Assembly (NCBI GenBank): GCA_034431935.1
Contig: DAOUCU010000096.1
Span: forward strand, 1-60,467
Direction: 5' to 3'
DNA: 60,467 nucleotides
DNA from: Dehalococcoidia bacterium
GTDB taxonomy: Bacteria; Chloroflexota; Dehalococcoidia; GIF9; JBFMDU01
The translations under genes and the position numbers were made by a program. Under the pieces are notes generated by a model. It did no database searches, was not told the origin of the DNA, and was given only the letters and a program-made list of their open reading frames with translations. This document shows positions 25,044 to 33,428 of the stretch, piece by piece. Positions within the stretch are counted from its first letter, which is position 1; every line of letters starts with the position of its first letter.

Positions 25044-27008
25044 TTAACCGCCGCCAGCTATCGCAGGATTTTCTTTGCCCTTGCGGCCCTCCATCATTTT
25101 CCTGATCAGGACGAGTACGATGCCGATAACTGACAGAATCCCTCCGGCAAACGTTGTGAAAAGCTCGGGAAAAGCAATCAGAAAGCCTCCAGATATGAAG
25201 AATGCGCGCTCCCATGGTTTAATAGAGCCTAGACCGGTGAAGTAGCCTCCCGTACCGCAGACCATGATGAATATCCCGACCATGGCCATGATTAGATGGT
25301 AGAAGATGCTCCACGGTGTACCAACCATGGCTAGTGCCGGCTGGAAAACAAAGAAGAAGGGCACCAGCAGTAGCGGGACGAGCATGCGGGAGGCTGTGTA
25401 GGAAGTTTTTATCGGATTGGCACCGGCGATGCTGGCGGCAACATAGGCGTCAATGGCGACCGGTGGTGTTACGGTGCCGTATCCTGCCTGATAGATTATG
25501 AAAAGGAGGATAACGTAAATAGGGATATCCAGGACTTTGGCTATAGCCGGGGCGGCGGTGACCGATAAGAAGAGAAAAGCGGCGCGCTGGAGACCGACCA
25601 TGCCCATTACAACAGAGAAGCCGGTGGCAATAAAAAGGACGAAGTAAGCATTGCCCGCACCCAGCGAGACAATCCAGCTGGTAATAGCGGCGGCGACGCC
25701 GGTCTTGAACAGGCCGACCAGGATAAAGCCCATGGAGAAGGTGACGCCGACGGCGAAGTTTATCAGCCCGGCCATATGGGCAAGGGCCTCCTCCATTTTT
25801 TTCCACGTCGGGCGCATCTTCTTGTTGGTGAAGGCGAGAAGTATCGCCAAAATAGTGGCGTAAACGGGTACAATGGCCCCCCACCGCATATAGATCAACC
25901 CGAAGGCGAGAAAGGCGATGACAACGATATAAATCCAGCCTTCTTTGAGGGTAGGAATCAGCGGGGGACATTCGGAGCGGGTTAGTCCCTTCAGTCCGGC
26001 TTTGGCGGCGTAGGCGTCAATTTGTATCTGCATTGCAAATACATACAGGAATGCGGGTATCACTGCGGCAATGATAAACTGAGCATACTCTACGCCAGCG
26101 ATGACGCAGGCCAGAAATACCATGCCGCCCATTATCGGCGGCATGGTATCGCCGATGTTAGAGGAGCAGGCCTCGATGGCGGCGGCGTATTCAGGTGGGT
26201 AGCCAGTTTTCTTCATCGCCGGAATGGTAAAAGAGCCAGTGCCGACAATATTGGCGATGGTACTGCCGCTCATGGTGCCGAAGAAGGCACTGGCCAGTGA
26301 TGAGACCTTGGCAGGCCCTCCGCGGAACTGGCCGACCACTGAAGTGGCCAGCTTGACAAAGAAGTCGCCCCCGCCCATGCCCATGACTACGCCGGCGAAT
26401 AGATAGAAGCCCAGGACAAGTTCGGCAATCATCATCGCCGGGATGCCGAGAAGGCCGTTGGCTCCGAAAGCGAAATCTGAGAAAATATCGTTGAATGACT
26501 GCTTGACGCCCCAGAAAATGCCGGGCATGTAGTCGGCGACCAGCGGGTAAACGATCGAGACCAGTAATAGAGTGAGATACCCCCAACCGCCGATGCGCCG
26601 TCCGGCTTCCAGGGAAATGAGGCCTATTATGACCGCCAGCACCAGCTGGGGCCAGCCGGGCGCCGGTGTCCACATCCTCATGGCGATGATGCCGGAGTTG
26701 AAAGTGAAATAGATGAGAATAGTCACCAGAATGGTTGCAAGTACGTAGTCGTACCAGGGAGGCGGTCTGTGTCTGGCATAATGGTGGACAGCCAACCCCA
26801 TGAAGACGTTGAAACCGAGACAGGAGAACAGGATGTAGTAGTAAGGAACACCGCTGAGCACGTAGCCGAAGATAGGGATGCCCATGTAATGGAAACAGAA
26901 TAGCCCGATGGCAATAACCGTAGTCGATAAGAAGATGGCCTTGACCGGTTTGGGCATCAGGTCGTAGCGGGAAAGGGCACCTTTTCTTTGCTTGGGGGCC
27001 TCAGACAT
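25044..27008 (-). CDS. TRAP transporter fused permease subunit (4TM/12TM fusion), paralogue 2
   Basis: 654 aa. Same conserved blocks as paralogue 1 (QFRGGPAKVSSLASAFFGTMSGSTIANIVGTGSFTIPAMKKTGY). Confidence 0.85.
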   Translation of the reverse strand: MSEAPKQRKGALSRYDLMPKPVKAIFLSTTVIAIGLFCFHYMGIPIFGYVLSGVPYYYILFSCLGFNVFMGLAVHHYARHRPPPWYDYVLATILVTILIYFTFNSGIIAMRMWTPAPGWPQLVLAVIIGLISLEAGRRIGGWGYLTLLLVSIVYPLVADYMPGIFWGVKQSFNDIFSDFAFGANGLLGIPAMMIAELVLGFYLFAGVVMGMGGGDFFVKLATSVVGQFRGGPAKVSSLASAFFGTMSGSTIANIVGTGSFTIPAMKKTGYPPEYAAAIEACSSNIGDTMPPIMGGMVFLACVIAGVEYAQFIIAAVIPAFLYVFAMQIQIDAYAAKAGLKGLTRSECPPLIPTLKEGWIYIVVIAFLAFGLIYMRWGAIVPVYATILAILLAFTNKKMRPTWKKMEEALAHMAGLINFAVGVTFSMGFILVGLFKTGVAAAITSWIVSLGAGNAYFVLFIATGFSVVMGMVGLQRAAFLFLSVTAAPAIAKVLDIPIYVILLFIIYQAGYGTVTPPVAIDAYVAASIAGANPIKTSYTASRMLVPLLLVPFFFVFQPALAMVGTPWSIFYHLIMAMVGIFIMVCGTGGYFTGLGSIKPWERAFFISGGFLIAFPELFTTFAGGILSVIGIVLVLIRKMMEGRKGKENPAIAGGG

Positions 27009-27055
27009 TCAGCTTTCTCCCTAATTTTGCTCCGGTGGCCGTCGTGCTTGTGAAC

Positions 27056-27080
27056 GGGGGGCGTCGAGTAGACGCCCCCC
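27056..27080 (-). other. Perfect GC-rich intercistronic hairpin between the SBP gene and the first permease gene
   Basis: GGGGGGCGTC (27056..27065), 5-nt loop, GACGCCCCCC (27071..27080): 10 Watson-Crick pairs. No U-tract on either strand. Confidence 0.5.
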
Positions 27081-27100
27081 GTGATAAAAGACACTATGAA

Positions 27101-28330
27101 TCAGTAGTTATCAACGTAGTCCACAGTCAAACTCTGATGAAGGCCAATCTTGGGCAGGTGCTTCTCTTTCTGGTAGTTCTGCCAGAAGTTCATCCAGGCC
27201 TCATTGGTCGGGTCGATTTTGATTCCCTTAGAATCGGCCAGCTTGATTGCCTCAGGGTAGGCATTACACCAGGCCGTGACCGCGGCGATGTTGGTGGCCT
27301 GTCTCTTATCATGGGCGGGCGTCCAGAGGTTCTTTTCCTTGAGATACCTGATCAAGCCATCGTGCACCGGGATCATCGACCTTTCCAGAGCATTCATAAG
27401 CGCATCAATACTCATGTGCTCATTGGTGTCGAAAGCATTCTTGTACCGCTCGTAGTTCGTGTCCAGCCATTTGGCAAAATTATAGACAAGCTCGGGGTCA
27501 GACTTATCAAGGGTGACTTCAAGCGTGGCACCTGAGGTGCCCCATACGCCGCGGGCTTCGGGAACGCCGCTCAGAATTGGACCGAAGGCGTAAGCCGGGT
27601 CATTGGCGCGGAATCTGGCCGCGCCCTCCGGGTCTTTGTCCGAGTTTAGATCAAGGAATCGAATGCCACCTGGTGCAGCTGCCGCTTCGTATATCGCCGG
27701 TGAGGTCGGGAAGCCGAACATGATGTCGGCCCGGCCTTCGGCTACCGCCCTGGCGCATCCGTCATAGCTACCGGTATTTACCCATACTATCTGGTCATGG
27801 GGCAATTGAATCCAGTCCGCTATGGCCTTGGGCACTTTAAGTACCGTCGGCTGCATTGACCACACTGCCCAGCGTATACCCGGCTTGATGTCATAAATTG
27901 TCTTAATCGGAGAGTCGCCGCGGACAAAAATGCCGGAGTTGGAAATGGCGTGTATCCATACCACCCGCATCTGCCAGGGTCCGCCATCCCTTACCGCATG
28001 ACCTTCGGTGGCCTCAATAACGTTGCCCAGTTCACGCTTGCCGCCTTTGACCAGGAAGGCCTTGCCGGTCTGGACACTCATAAAACGCTGGATGCTGTTT
28101 TCCTCGGGAACAACCCTTATGGACATTCCCGTGTCCTTTTCCATGATTGTTGTCCAGCTCACATACTTGGCCAGGCCGGAGCCTCCCCCCGAAGATATTA
28201 TGAGAGTTCGTGGCCACTGCCAGCCGCTGGCTGTAGTCTGGGTTCCCCCGCCACAACCGCTGAAGAGCAGGGCAAGCACCACCACAGAAACGAATGCTAC
28301 CAGTACCAGATTTGCCTGTCTTCCTTTCAT
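27101..28330 (-). CDS. TAXI-family TRAP transporter solute-binding lipoprotein
   Basis: Start placed at ATG 28330 (MKGRQANLVLVAFVSVVVLALLFSGCGGG), preceded by AGGAGGAGG. Has a signal peptide and lipobox Cys. The mature part is a TAXI-type SBP (IPVHDGLIRYLKEKNLW near the end). Confidence 0.8.
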   Translation of the reverse strand: MKGRQANLVLVAFVSVVVLALLFSGCGGGTQTTASGWQWPRTLIISSGGGSGLAKYVSWTTIMEKDTGMSIRVVPEENSIQRFMSVQTGKAFLVKGGKRELGNVIEATEGHAVRDGGPWQMRVVWIHAISNSGIFVRGDSPIKTIYDIKPGIRWAVWSMQPTVLKVPKAIADWIQLPHDQIVWVNTGSYDGCARAVAEGRADIMFGFPTSPAIYEAAAAPGGIRFLDLNSDKDPEGAARFRANDPAYAFGPILSGVPEARGVWGTSGATLEVTLDKSDPELVYNFAKWLDTNYERYKNAFDTNEHMSIDALMNALERSMIPVHDGLIRYLKEKNLWTPAHDKRQATNIAAVTAWCNAYPEAIKLADSKGIKIDPTNEAWMNFWQNYQKEKHLPKIGLHQSLTVDYVDNY

Positions 28331-28682
28331 CTGACCTCCTCCTGAGTCTGTCCTTAACATTTTAAACGTTCCGGGCGGCTTGCAGGTAAAAGTACAACCG
28401 TCAGGTATAGCCATCCCCAGGTGCGAAATACTCCAGCGCGGCAGGTCAATTCTGGTGGGAACAAATGCGGGAGGTTGGCTGGAGAAACTTCACCTTGCCA
28501 CAAGACCCATTATAGTAGCGGCGGGCGGAATTGGGAATCCACCATTTCATTCATTATTAGGACGCAAAAGACGCCGATTGTGTAGTCCTTATGGTTTATG
28601 GTGGATGAACGGTGCAAACTACGTGGATTCGGGCGTCCGGTCGGTTCTGTGGTACCATGACCGCCAACTGCGGAGGTGAGCA

Positions 28683-28885
28683 ATGCGGCGCAACGTTACC
28701 ATGTGGAAAGCTAACCTTATTGCTCTTATCAGCAGTTTCTGCGTCATGGTCATCGAGCTGATAGCGGCGCGGATTCTGGCGCCCCATATCGGCGTTTCAC
28801 TATATACCTGGACTAGCGCCAACCGATCCTGCTGATTGATGACCATGTGCCTACGGATAGCCTGCTGGCCGAGATCTTACGCTAA
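28683..28885 (+). pseudogene. Collapsed remnant of a spermidine-synthase-like / fused-MFS family gene (N-terminal about 45 codons joined out of frame to the last about 20 codons)
   Basis: Hand translation gives MRRNVTMWKANLIALISSFCVMVIELIAARILAPHIGVSLYTWTS, then a stop at 28833..28835. In the +2 frame, RQPILLIDDHVPTDSLLAEILR* ends at 28885. Both pieces look like the two termini of that family with the catalytic body missing. Confidence 0.45.
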
Positions 28886-29006
28886 TATTTAACCAATAGA
28901 AGCTATAGGGGGCATACGGATCCCGACTAAGGTGAAGTAGGAATCAGGAGAGCAGAATGGCTGGGGAAAGAGTGGGGGAAGAAATGGGCAACTATCACAA
29001 TAGCAT

Positions 29007-30647
29007 TCAGACGAGCATTATGTGCATGGTTCTGGCTTTTTGTGTGCTGAGCGTTGAGGGACCGTCGATAGCCAGCGCACGGCTGAATATGGATTTGAAT
29101 TGGGGAAACTGCGCCAATTCGATATGTCGAACGCTGGATGCCAGCCGCTGGATCGATTCATGTCTGTCCGCGATTAACATCGCCATCCGGGCTCCGACGA
29201 CCGCAGCGTTGCCCACCTGAGTTATCAGCGTCTCCGGTATTCCCGGTAGCAGGCCTATGCCGACCGCGCTCTTACTGTTGATGTATGTTCCGAAACTTCC
29301 GGCAATGATTACCTGGTCAATCTGTTCATGGCTCAAACCGCACGTGGCCATCAGGACTTCAATTCCGGTCCTGATTGCGGCTTTGCCCAGCTGAACCTTT
29401 CCGATATCTTCCTGCGTTATCGTTATTTCTTCCCCGGTACCGCTGTCCCGACGGCTGACAAGGATAAACTCCGGACCGTGCCGTCCGAGTCGTACCCTGT
29501 TGCCTTGCCTCAGGCGCCCGCGACGGTCGATTATGCCCCGTTGGCGCATATGGTAGAGAGCGTCGATAATGCCGGAACCGCATATGCCCAGCGGCCTGAT
29601 ATTGCCAATGACCCCAACTTTAAGGCCGTGACTTCCGATAGCAACACTTTCGATGGCGCCATCGGTGGCGAACATGCCGTGTTGCAACGCGGCGCCCTCA
29701 AAAGCAGGGCCGGAAGCGCACGAGACACACCGAATCGTACCTTTTACTGCTAACGAGACTTCGGTGTTGGTACCGATATCCAGAAGAAGGATGTTACCTG
29801 CCGCATAGTTCATTCCCGTTGCCAGTAACGCGGCGGTGTGGTCACCGCCGACAAAGCCACCAATGAGGGGCATCAGGTAGACGTCGGACTCAGGTGCTGC
29901 AGTGAGGCCTAAATCGGTGGCAGTCACAGTTATGGCCTGTTTGGTATATGGCAGGTAAGGCGCGCGCCCCAGCTGGGTTACTGGCAATCCCAGCAGGAGA
30001 TGGTGCATGACGGTATTGCTCGCGATGCAGATATTGGATATCTCATGGCCGCGAGCAAGGCCGGAAATAAGCCTGTTTAAGGCCTCGGTAATACAGCGCC
30101 TCAGGTTTTCCGCGCTGCCGTGCTCGGCCAGCGTCAGGCGTGTCATCACGTCATCGCCATACTGGCGCTGTGGGTTCGGCAGCCACTCTTTTGCCAGTAT
30201 TAGGCCGCTGGCCAGGTCGACAAGTTGCGCCGTCACGGTGCTGGTCCCAAGGTCAATCGCGATGCCGTAGCCCTTCCTGCGAAGGGCATCACGATACACG
30301 GGGGTTAACGGCGGCTGACTCCGGGGTTCCTTGAAGAGGCTGTAACCGATTGCTGAGCGTGACCGTGCCGGTATATTGAGTCTGATATCGCTGAGAGGGT
30401 AGGTGCGGCAGGCCAGCCGGATGCCATTCTTTAAGTTCTTAGCGCCGAGGCGCTCCTTTTCATCCTTATCGGGTGGGGCGACATTGCCAGACAAAACTCT
30501 GATATGGCACTTGCCGCAAGTGCCATGACCGCCGCAGGGCGAGACCAGGAGCGGCAGGCCTGCCTGAAGGGCAGCTGTCAGTATGGTTTCCCCGGACTGG
30601 GCGGGAAAGACTACTCCGGCCGGCTCCAGGCAGACTTCGAAGGTCAT
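29007..30647 (-). CDS. Reductive activator of corrinoid enzymes (RACo-type: N-terminal [2Fe-2S] ferredoxin domain + ASKHA ATPase domain)
   Basis: 546 aa. CGGHGTCGKCHIRV ... LACRT is a plant-type 2Fe-2S Cys pattern. The remainder has actin/sugar-kinase-fold blocks (GIAIDLGTSTV, LLLDIGTNTE, GPAFEG, GICGSG). Last gene of the corrinoid operon. Confidence 0.8.
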   Translation of the reverse strand: MTFEVCLEPAGVVFPAQSGETILTAALQAGLPLLVSPCGGHGTCGKCHIRVLSGNVAPPDKDEKERLGAKNLKNGIRLACRTYPLSDIRLNIPARSRSAIGYSLFKEPRSQPPLTPVYRDALRRKGYGIAIDLGTSTVTAQLVDLASGLILAKEWLPNPQRQYGDDVMTRLTLAEHGSAENLRRCITEALNRLISGLARGHEISNICIASNTVMHHLLLGLPVTQLGRAPYLPYTKQAITVTATDLGLTAAPESDVYLMPLIGGFVGGDHTAALLATGMNYAAGNILLLDIGTNTEVSLAVKGTIRCVSCASGPAFEGAALQHGMFATDGAIESVAIGSHGLKVGVIGNIRPLGICGSGIIDALYHMRQRGIIDRRGRLRQGNRVRLGRHGPEFILVSRRDSGTGEEITITQEDIGKVQLGKAAIRTGIEVLMATCGLSHEQIDQVIIAGSFGTYINSKSAVGIGLLPGIPETLITQVGNAAVVGARMAMLIADRHESIQRLASSVRHIELAQFPQFKSIFSRALAIDGPSTLSTQKARTMHIMLV

Positions 30648-30653
30648 GCCGAA

Positions 30654-31562
30654 TTATAGCATCCTGGATAACGGGTGGTCGGGTATTTTTGGCCGGTGAC
30701 CGGTGAAGCGGCCCCCGTATCCGCTCAACGCGTCAGCGGTGGCGACGGCCGGGAAGAGCCATGGTGCCAGCGCCAGCGATCCGTAGAAGATGAAATCGGC
30801 TCCGTTGGCTACCAGGACAGTCATAATTGCGGCCGCTACCGAGCGGTAGGCGTGCTCATCCCAACCGGCACCTCTGTCCTGGCGCCATGTATAGAGCGCG
30901 TTTGCCGGGGCGCAACCGGCGGGATACCCCAGCTTCTCCTTGATTTCACGCACAGCAATCGCCGCCGGGGCAATGCTGGCAATGTCCAGCACCCCGGTAT
31001 CGACGATGAAATTCTCAATACCGGCACGTGCCGCCACCGGCAGAAGCGTCTCGGTGAGATAGTTAATCCTGGAAGCTGGCCGTATGTTCCTGGCAGTGAA
31101 GGACAGCAAGACTGCGTTCCTGATTCCGCACTCACGCAGGGTGTCAATCTCGGCTTCGGTATGGTCGTCCGCAATGGCATTGTAGATCAGCCTTGGCACG
31201 ATCTCGGTGCCAGCGAAGTGGCGGAGGGCCTCCATCCGGACCGTTTGTGACGGCGAATCCAGGAGCAACGGGGCACTGGTACGCGCCGCCACAAATTCAA
31301 GATGAGTTATCAGTGACTTCGAGGTCTCTCCGATGACATCGATGCAGTACGGCAGATTCGTGGCCGTGGCGGATTCTGCCTGGCGCTCCAGCAGTGCCTC
31401 CGCCATGTCCCGGTCAAATTCTCCGCTGGCAGCGTCGCGTAAGAGGCTCTGACCGGCGAAGAAAATACTGCCTACCATTACGGTGGGGTATTCACCGGGT
31501 TGCCCGCCGAAATTGACACCGCCGACATTGACGACGCGCTGTTCTTTACTGAAGCTGAACAT
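30654..31562 (-). CDS. MtrH-family methyltransferase (methyl-corrinoid:pterin methyltransferase)
   Basis: 302 aa. MFSFSKEQRVVNVGGVNFGGQPGEYPTVMVGSIFF... and LPYCIDVIGETSKSL are colinear with methanogen MtrH. Confidence 0.85.
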   Translation of the reverse strand: MFSFSKEQRVVNVGGVNFGGQPGEYPTVMVGSIFFAGQSLLRDAASGEFDRDMAEALLERQAESATATNLPYCIDVIGETSKSLITHLEFVAARTSAPLLLDSPSQTVRMEALRHFAGTEIVPRLIYNAIADDHTEAEIDTLRECGIRNAVLLSFTARNIRPASRINYLTETLLPVAARAGIENFIVDTGVLDIASIAPAAIAVREIKEKLGYPAGCAPANALYTWRQDRGAGWDEHAYRSVAAAIMTVLVANGADFIFYGSLALAPWLFPAVATADALSGYGGRFTGHRPKIPDHPLSRML

Positions 31563-32707
31563 CAGTTTGCCTGACGACGCCTACGCCATTCCTGGAACGA
31601 TTCCCTCTGCGGCGGCGTGAATTCCACCTGGCTCAAATCCTTGGGGACTGGCTTGCGGCCAAACGTGTGTATTGCGGCTACGGCTGCGTGTACGTGGTCC
31701 GTAGGCGTGTCCGCCGGGATGTTGGCTATGGTTATCTGTAGCTGGTAATCGCGTCCGAAGGCATCCACAAAGCGTTTTACCGAGTCTACGATACGGGAGA
31801 CCGGCCCGTCACGCATTAACCTGGCGTTCAGTGCGGCAGCAATAGCGAGAGTTTTGCCTTGTTCGCGATAGGATGCCAGGAAATCCACTACCGGTTCCAG
31901 CGGTAGTTCATGCCAGGGGCCCATGCCGAGGAATATTGATGGCATTCCGGAAATGGCCATCTGTGCCCGGAAACACTCGTACAGGATTTCGGCATTGAAT
32001 TTCTCCTTGCGTTCTTCGCAATAATCGGCACCCCCGGAAGTAGCCATTATGCCGAATTCTGCAGCCTTTTCCCTCAAACGTTTCCCGTACGGTATTACCC
32101 ACTCTTTCAGAAGTTCAACAGAGATATTTGGTACCATTGCCCAGGCATCGACAGCTGCCACGGCGGTTATACCGGCGTATTCCCGCTGAACCTTGATGTA
32201 GGGCAGCTGTATTTCCTCTAATATAAATGTCATCAGGTCACGCGCAAAAGCGGGATCATTCCGCATGGCACGTATCAGCCTGGGGTAGCCACACATCCCT
32301 ACTGCCATACTGAAAGTGCCGCAAATGAATCCCATCTTGCGGCCCCGGGGATATTCGCCGCTGAGCCTGATGCATTCCAGTGCGTAGGGTAAGCGCCCGT
32401 CACGGCGGAAGTTCGGCGGCCGGAGCTTCAGGAGGTCGGTTGGCTCCTTGATCAGCGGGTCGCGGAAGTCAATGGTCGGCATAGTGTGTTCCCCGTAGAT
32501 AAGTTTGCCGCCCATTGCCTCGATCTCGTAATTGTAGACATCAGTGGCCGCTAGAAACAAATCCATTTGATAGTAATCCGTCACCTCGGCGAAGGCGGCT
32601 ACTGCCGGTGCCGCCTCCCAAAAGAACACACGAGCCGGAATGCCAGTGAGTCTCATCACGTGGTCATGCATCTGTGCTGAAACGGGTATAGTCGCTTGCG
32701 TCGTCAT
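31562..32707 (-). CDS. Uroporphyrinogen-decarboxylase (URO-D/MtaA) superfamily methyltransferase, probable substrate:corrinoid methyltransferase
   Basis: 381 aa. URO-D-like N-terminal layout (DLFLAATDVYNYEIEAMGGKLIYGEHTMPTI). Lacks the HemE RQAGR motif. Its stop overlaps the mtrH-like start by 1 nt, and its start overlaps the corrinoid-protein stop by 4 nt. Confidence 0.75.
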   Translation of the reverse strand: MTTQATIPVSAQMHDHVMRLTGIPARVFFWEAAPAVAAFAEVTDYYQMDLFLAATDVYNYEIEAMGGKLIYGEHTMPTIDFRDPLIKEPTDLLKLRPPNFRRDGRLPYALECIRLSGEYPRGRKMGFICGTFSMAVGMCGYPRLIRAMRNDPAFARDLMTFILEEIQLPYIKVQREYAGITAVAAVDAWAMVPNISVELLKEWVIPYGKRLREKAAEFGIMATSGGADYCEERKEKFNAEILYECFRAQMAISGMPSIFLGMGPWHELPLEPVVDFLASYREQGKTLAIAAALNARLMRDGPVSRIVDSVKRFVDAFGRDYQLQITIANIPADTPTDHVHAAVAAIHTFGRKPVPKDLSQVEFTPPQRESFQEWRRRRQAN

Positions 32708-33342
32708 TTCATCTTCATCAGTGCCCTTGCCTTATTTACGGCATCGAGGGCATCCTTTCCCCAGGCGTCGGCACCGATCTGGTCGGCGAAGCTCTGGCTG
32801 GTAGGCACGCCACCCACCATCACCGCCAGCTTGTTTCTAAGGTCTCCGGACTTAACGCGGTGTACGATCGCGGCGACCTCGTCCATGGTAGTCGTCATAT
32901 AACAGCCCAGCCCCAGAATGTCAGGGTGAAGTTCTCTCCCCTTTTCAAGAAAAGTCTCCCTCGGCACGTCCTCGCCCAGGTCTATGACCTCGAACCCGGC
33001 ACCACGCAGCATCGCCACCACAATCATCTTGCCCAGGTCATGCATGTCCCCGGCTACGGTGCCAATCAGGTAGCGACCGGTATAGCTCTGTTCTCCTTTA
33101 GACAGCAGTGGTTCCAGCAATGTCAGCGCCTTGCGGAAAGCCTCAGCGCTCATCACCATATCCGGCAGGAAGTATTCATTTCTTTGCCAGAACTCGCCGG
33201 CGTCCTGGATGCCACCCATCACCCCATGTTGCAGAATCTCGTTAACCGGCAGCTGCGCTTCAATTGCCTGCCGGGCGAGTCTCTCGGCGGCGATGTCATC
33301 ACCTTCAGTGACCGCTCGTCGAAGGGAGGCAACTATATCCAT
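32704..33342 (-). CDS. Corrinoid (cobalamin-binding) protein, MtaC/MtbC-like
   Basis: 212 aa. N-terminal helical cap domain, then a B12-binding Rossmann domain with the DxHxxG motif (GDMHDLGKMIV) and SGDL...GG. AGGAGG 4 nt before the ATG. Confidence 0.85.
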   Translation of the reverse strand: MDIVASLRRAVTEGDDIAAERLARQAIEAQLPVNEILQHGVMGGIQDAGEFWQRNEYFLPDMVMSAEAFRKALTLLEPLLSKGEQSYTGRYLIGTVAGDMHDLGKMIVVAMLRGAGFEVIDLGEDVPRETFLEKGRELHPDILGLGCYMTTTMDEVAAIVHRVKSGDLRNKLAVMVGGVPTSQSFADQIGADAWGKDALDAVNKARALMKMK

Positions 33343-33413
33343 AATTCCTCCTGCGTACCGAATTATTGATATCGCCAGTTCCAGTTGTTGATTATAAGTA
33401 ATTATACATGATT

Positions 33414-33428
33414 TGGTATGAAATACCA
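33414..33428. promoter_or_regulatory. Palindrome in the AT-rich region about 75 nt upstream of the corrinoid operon (operator candidate)
   Basis: TGGTAT-GAA-ATACCA: 6-bp perfect arms with a 3-nt spacer. Two TATAAT hexamers (minus strand) lie just downstream of it. Confidence 0.25.

Noticed and set aside
27101-28414. Longer 437-aa version of the exported SBP starting MAIPDGCTFTCKPPG...
   Set aside because: The internal ATG at 28330 is preceded by AGGAGGAGG and yields a textbook lipoprotein signal peptide. The 28 extra N-terminal residues would bury the signal sequence.
31562-32707. Pyrrolysine (in-frame amber) or selenocysteine recoding in the methyltransferase genes
   Set aside because: All four ORFs of the operon are uninterrupted. 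The MT1 belongs to the URO-D fold rather than the Pyl-containing MttB/MtbB/MtmB families.
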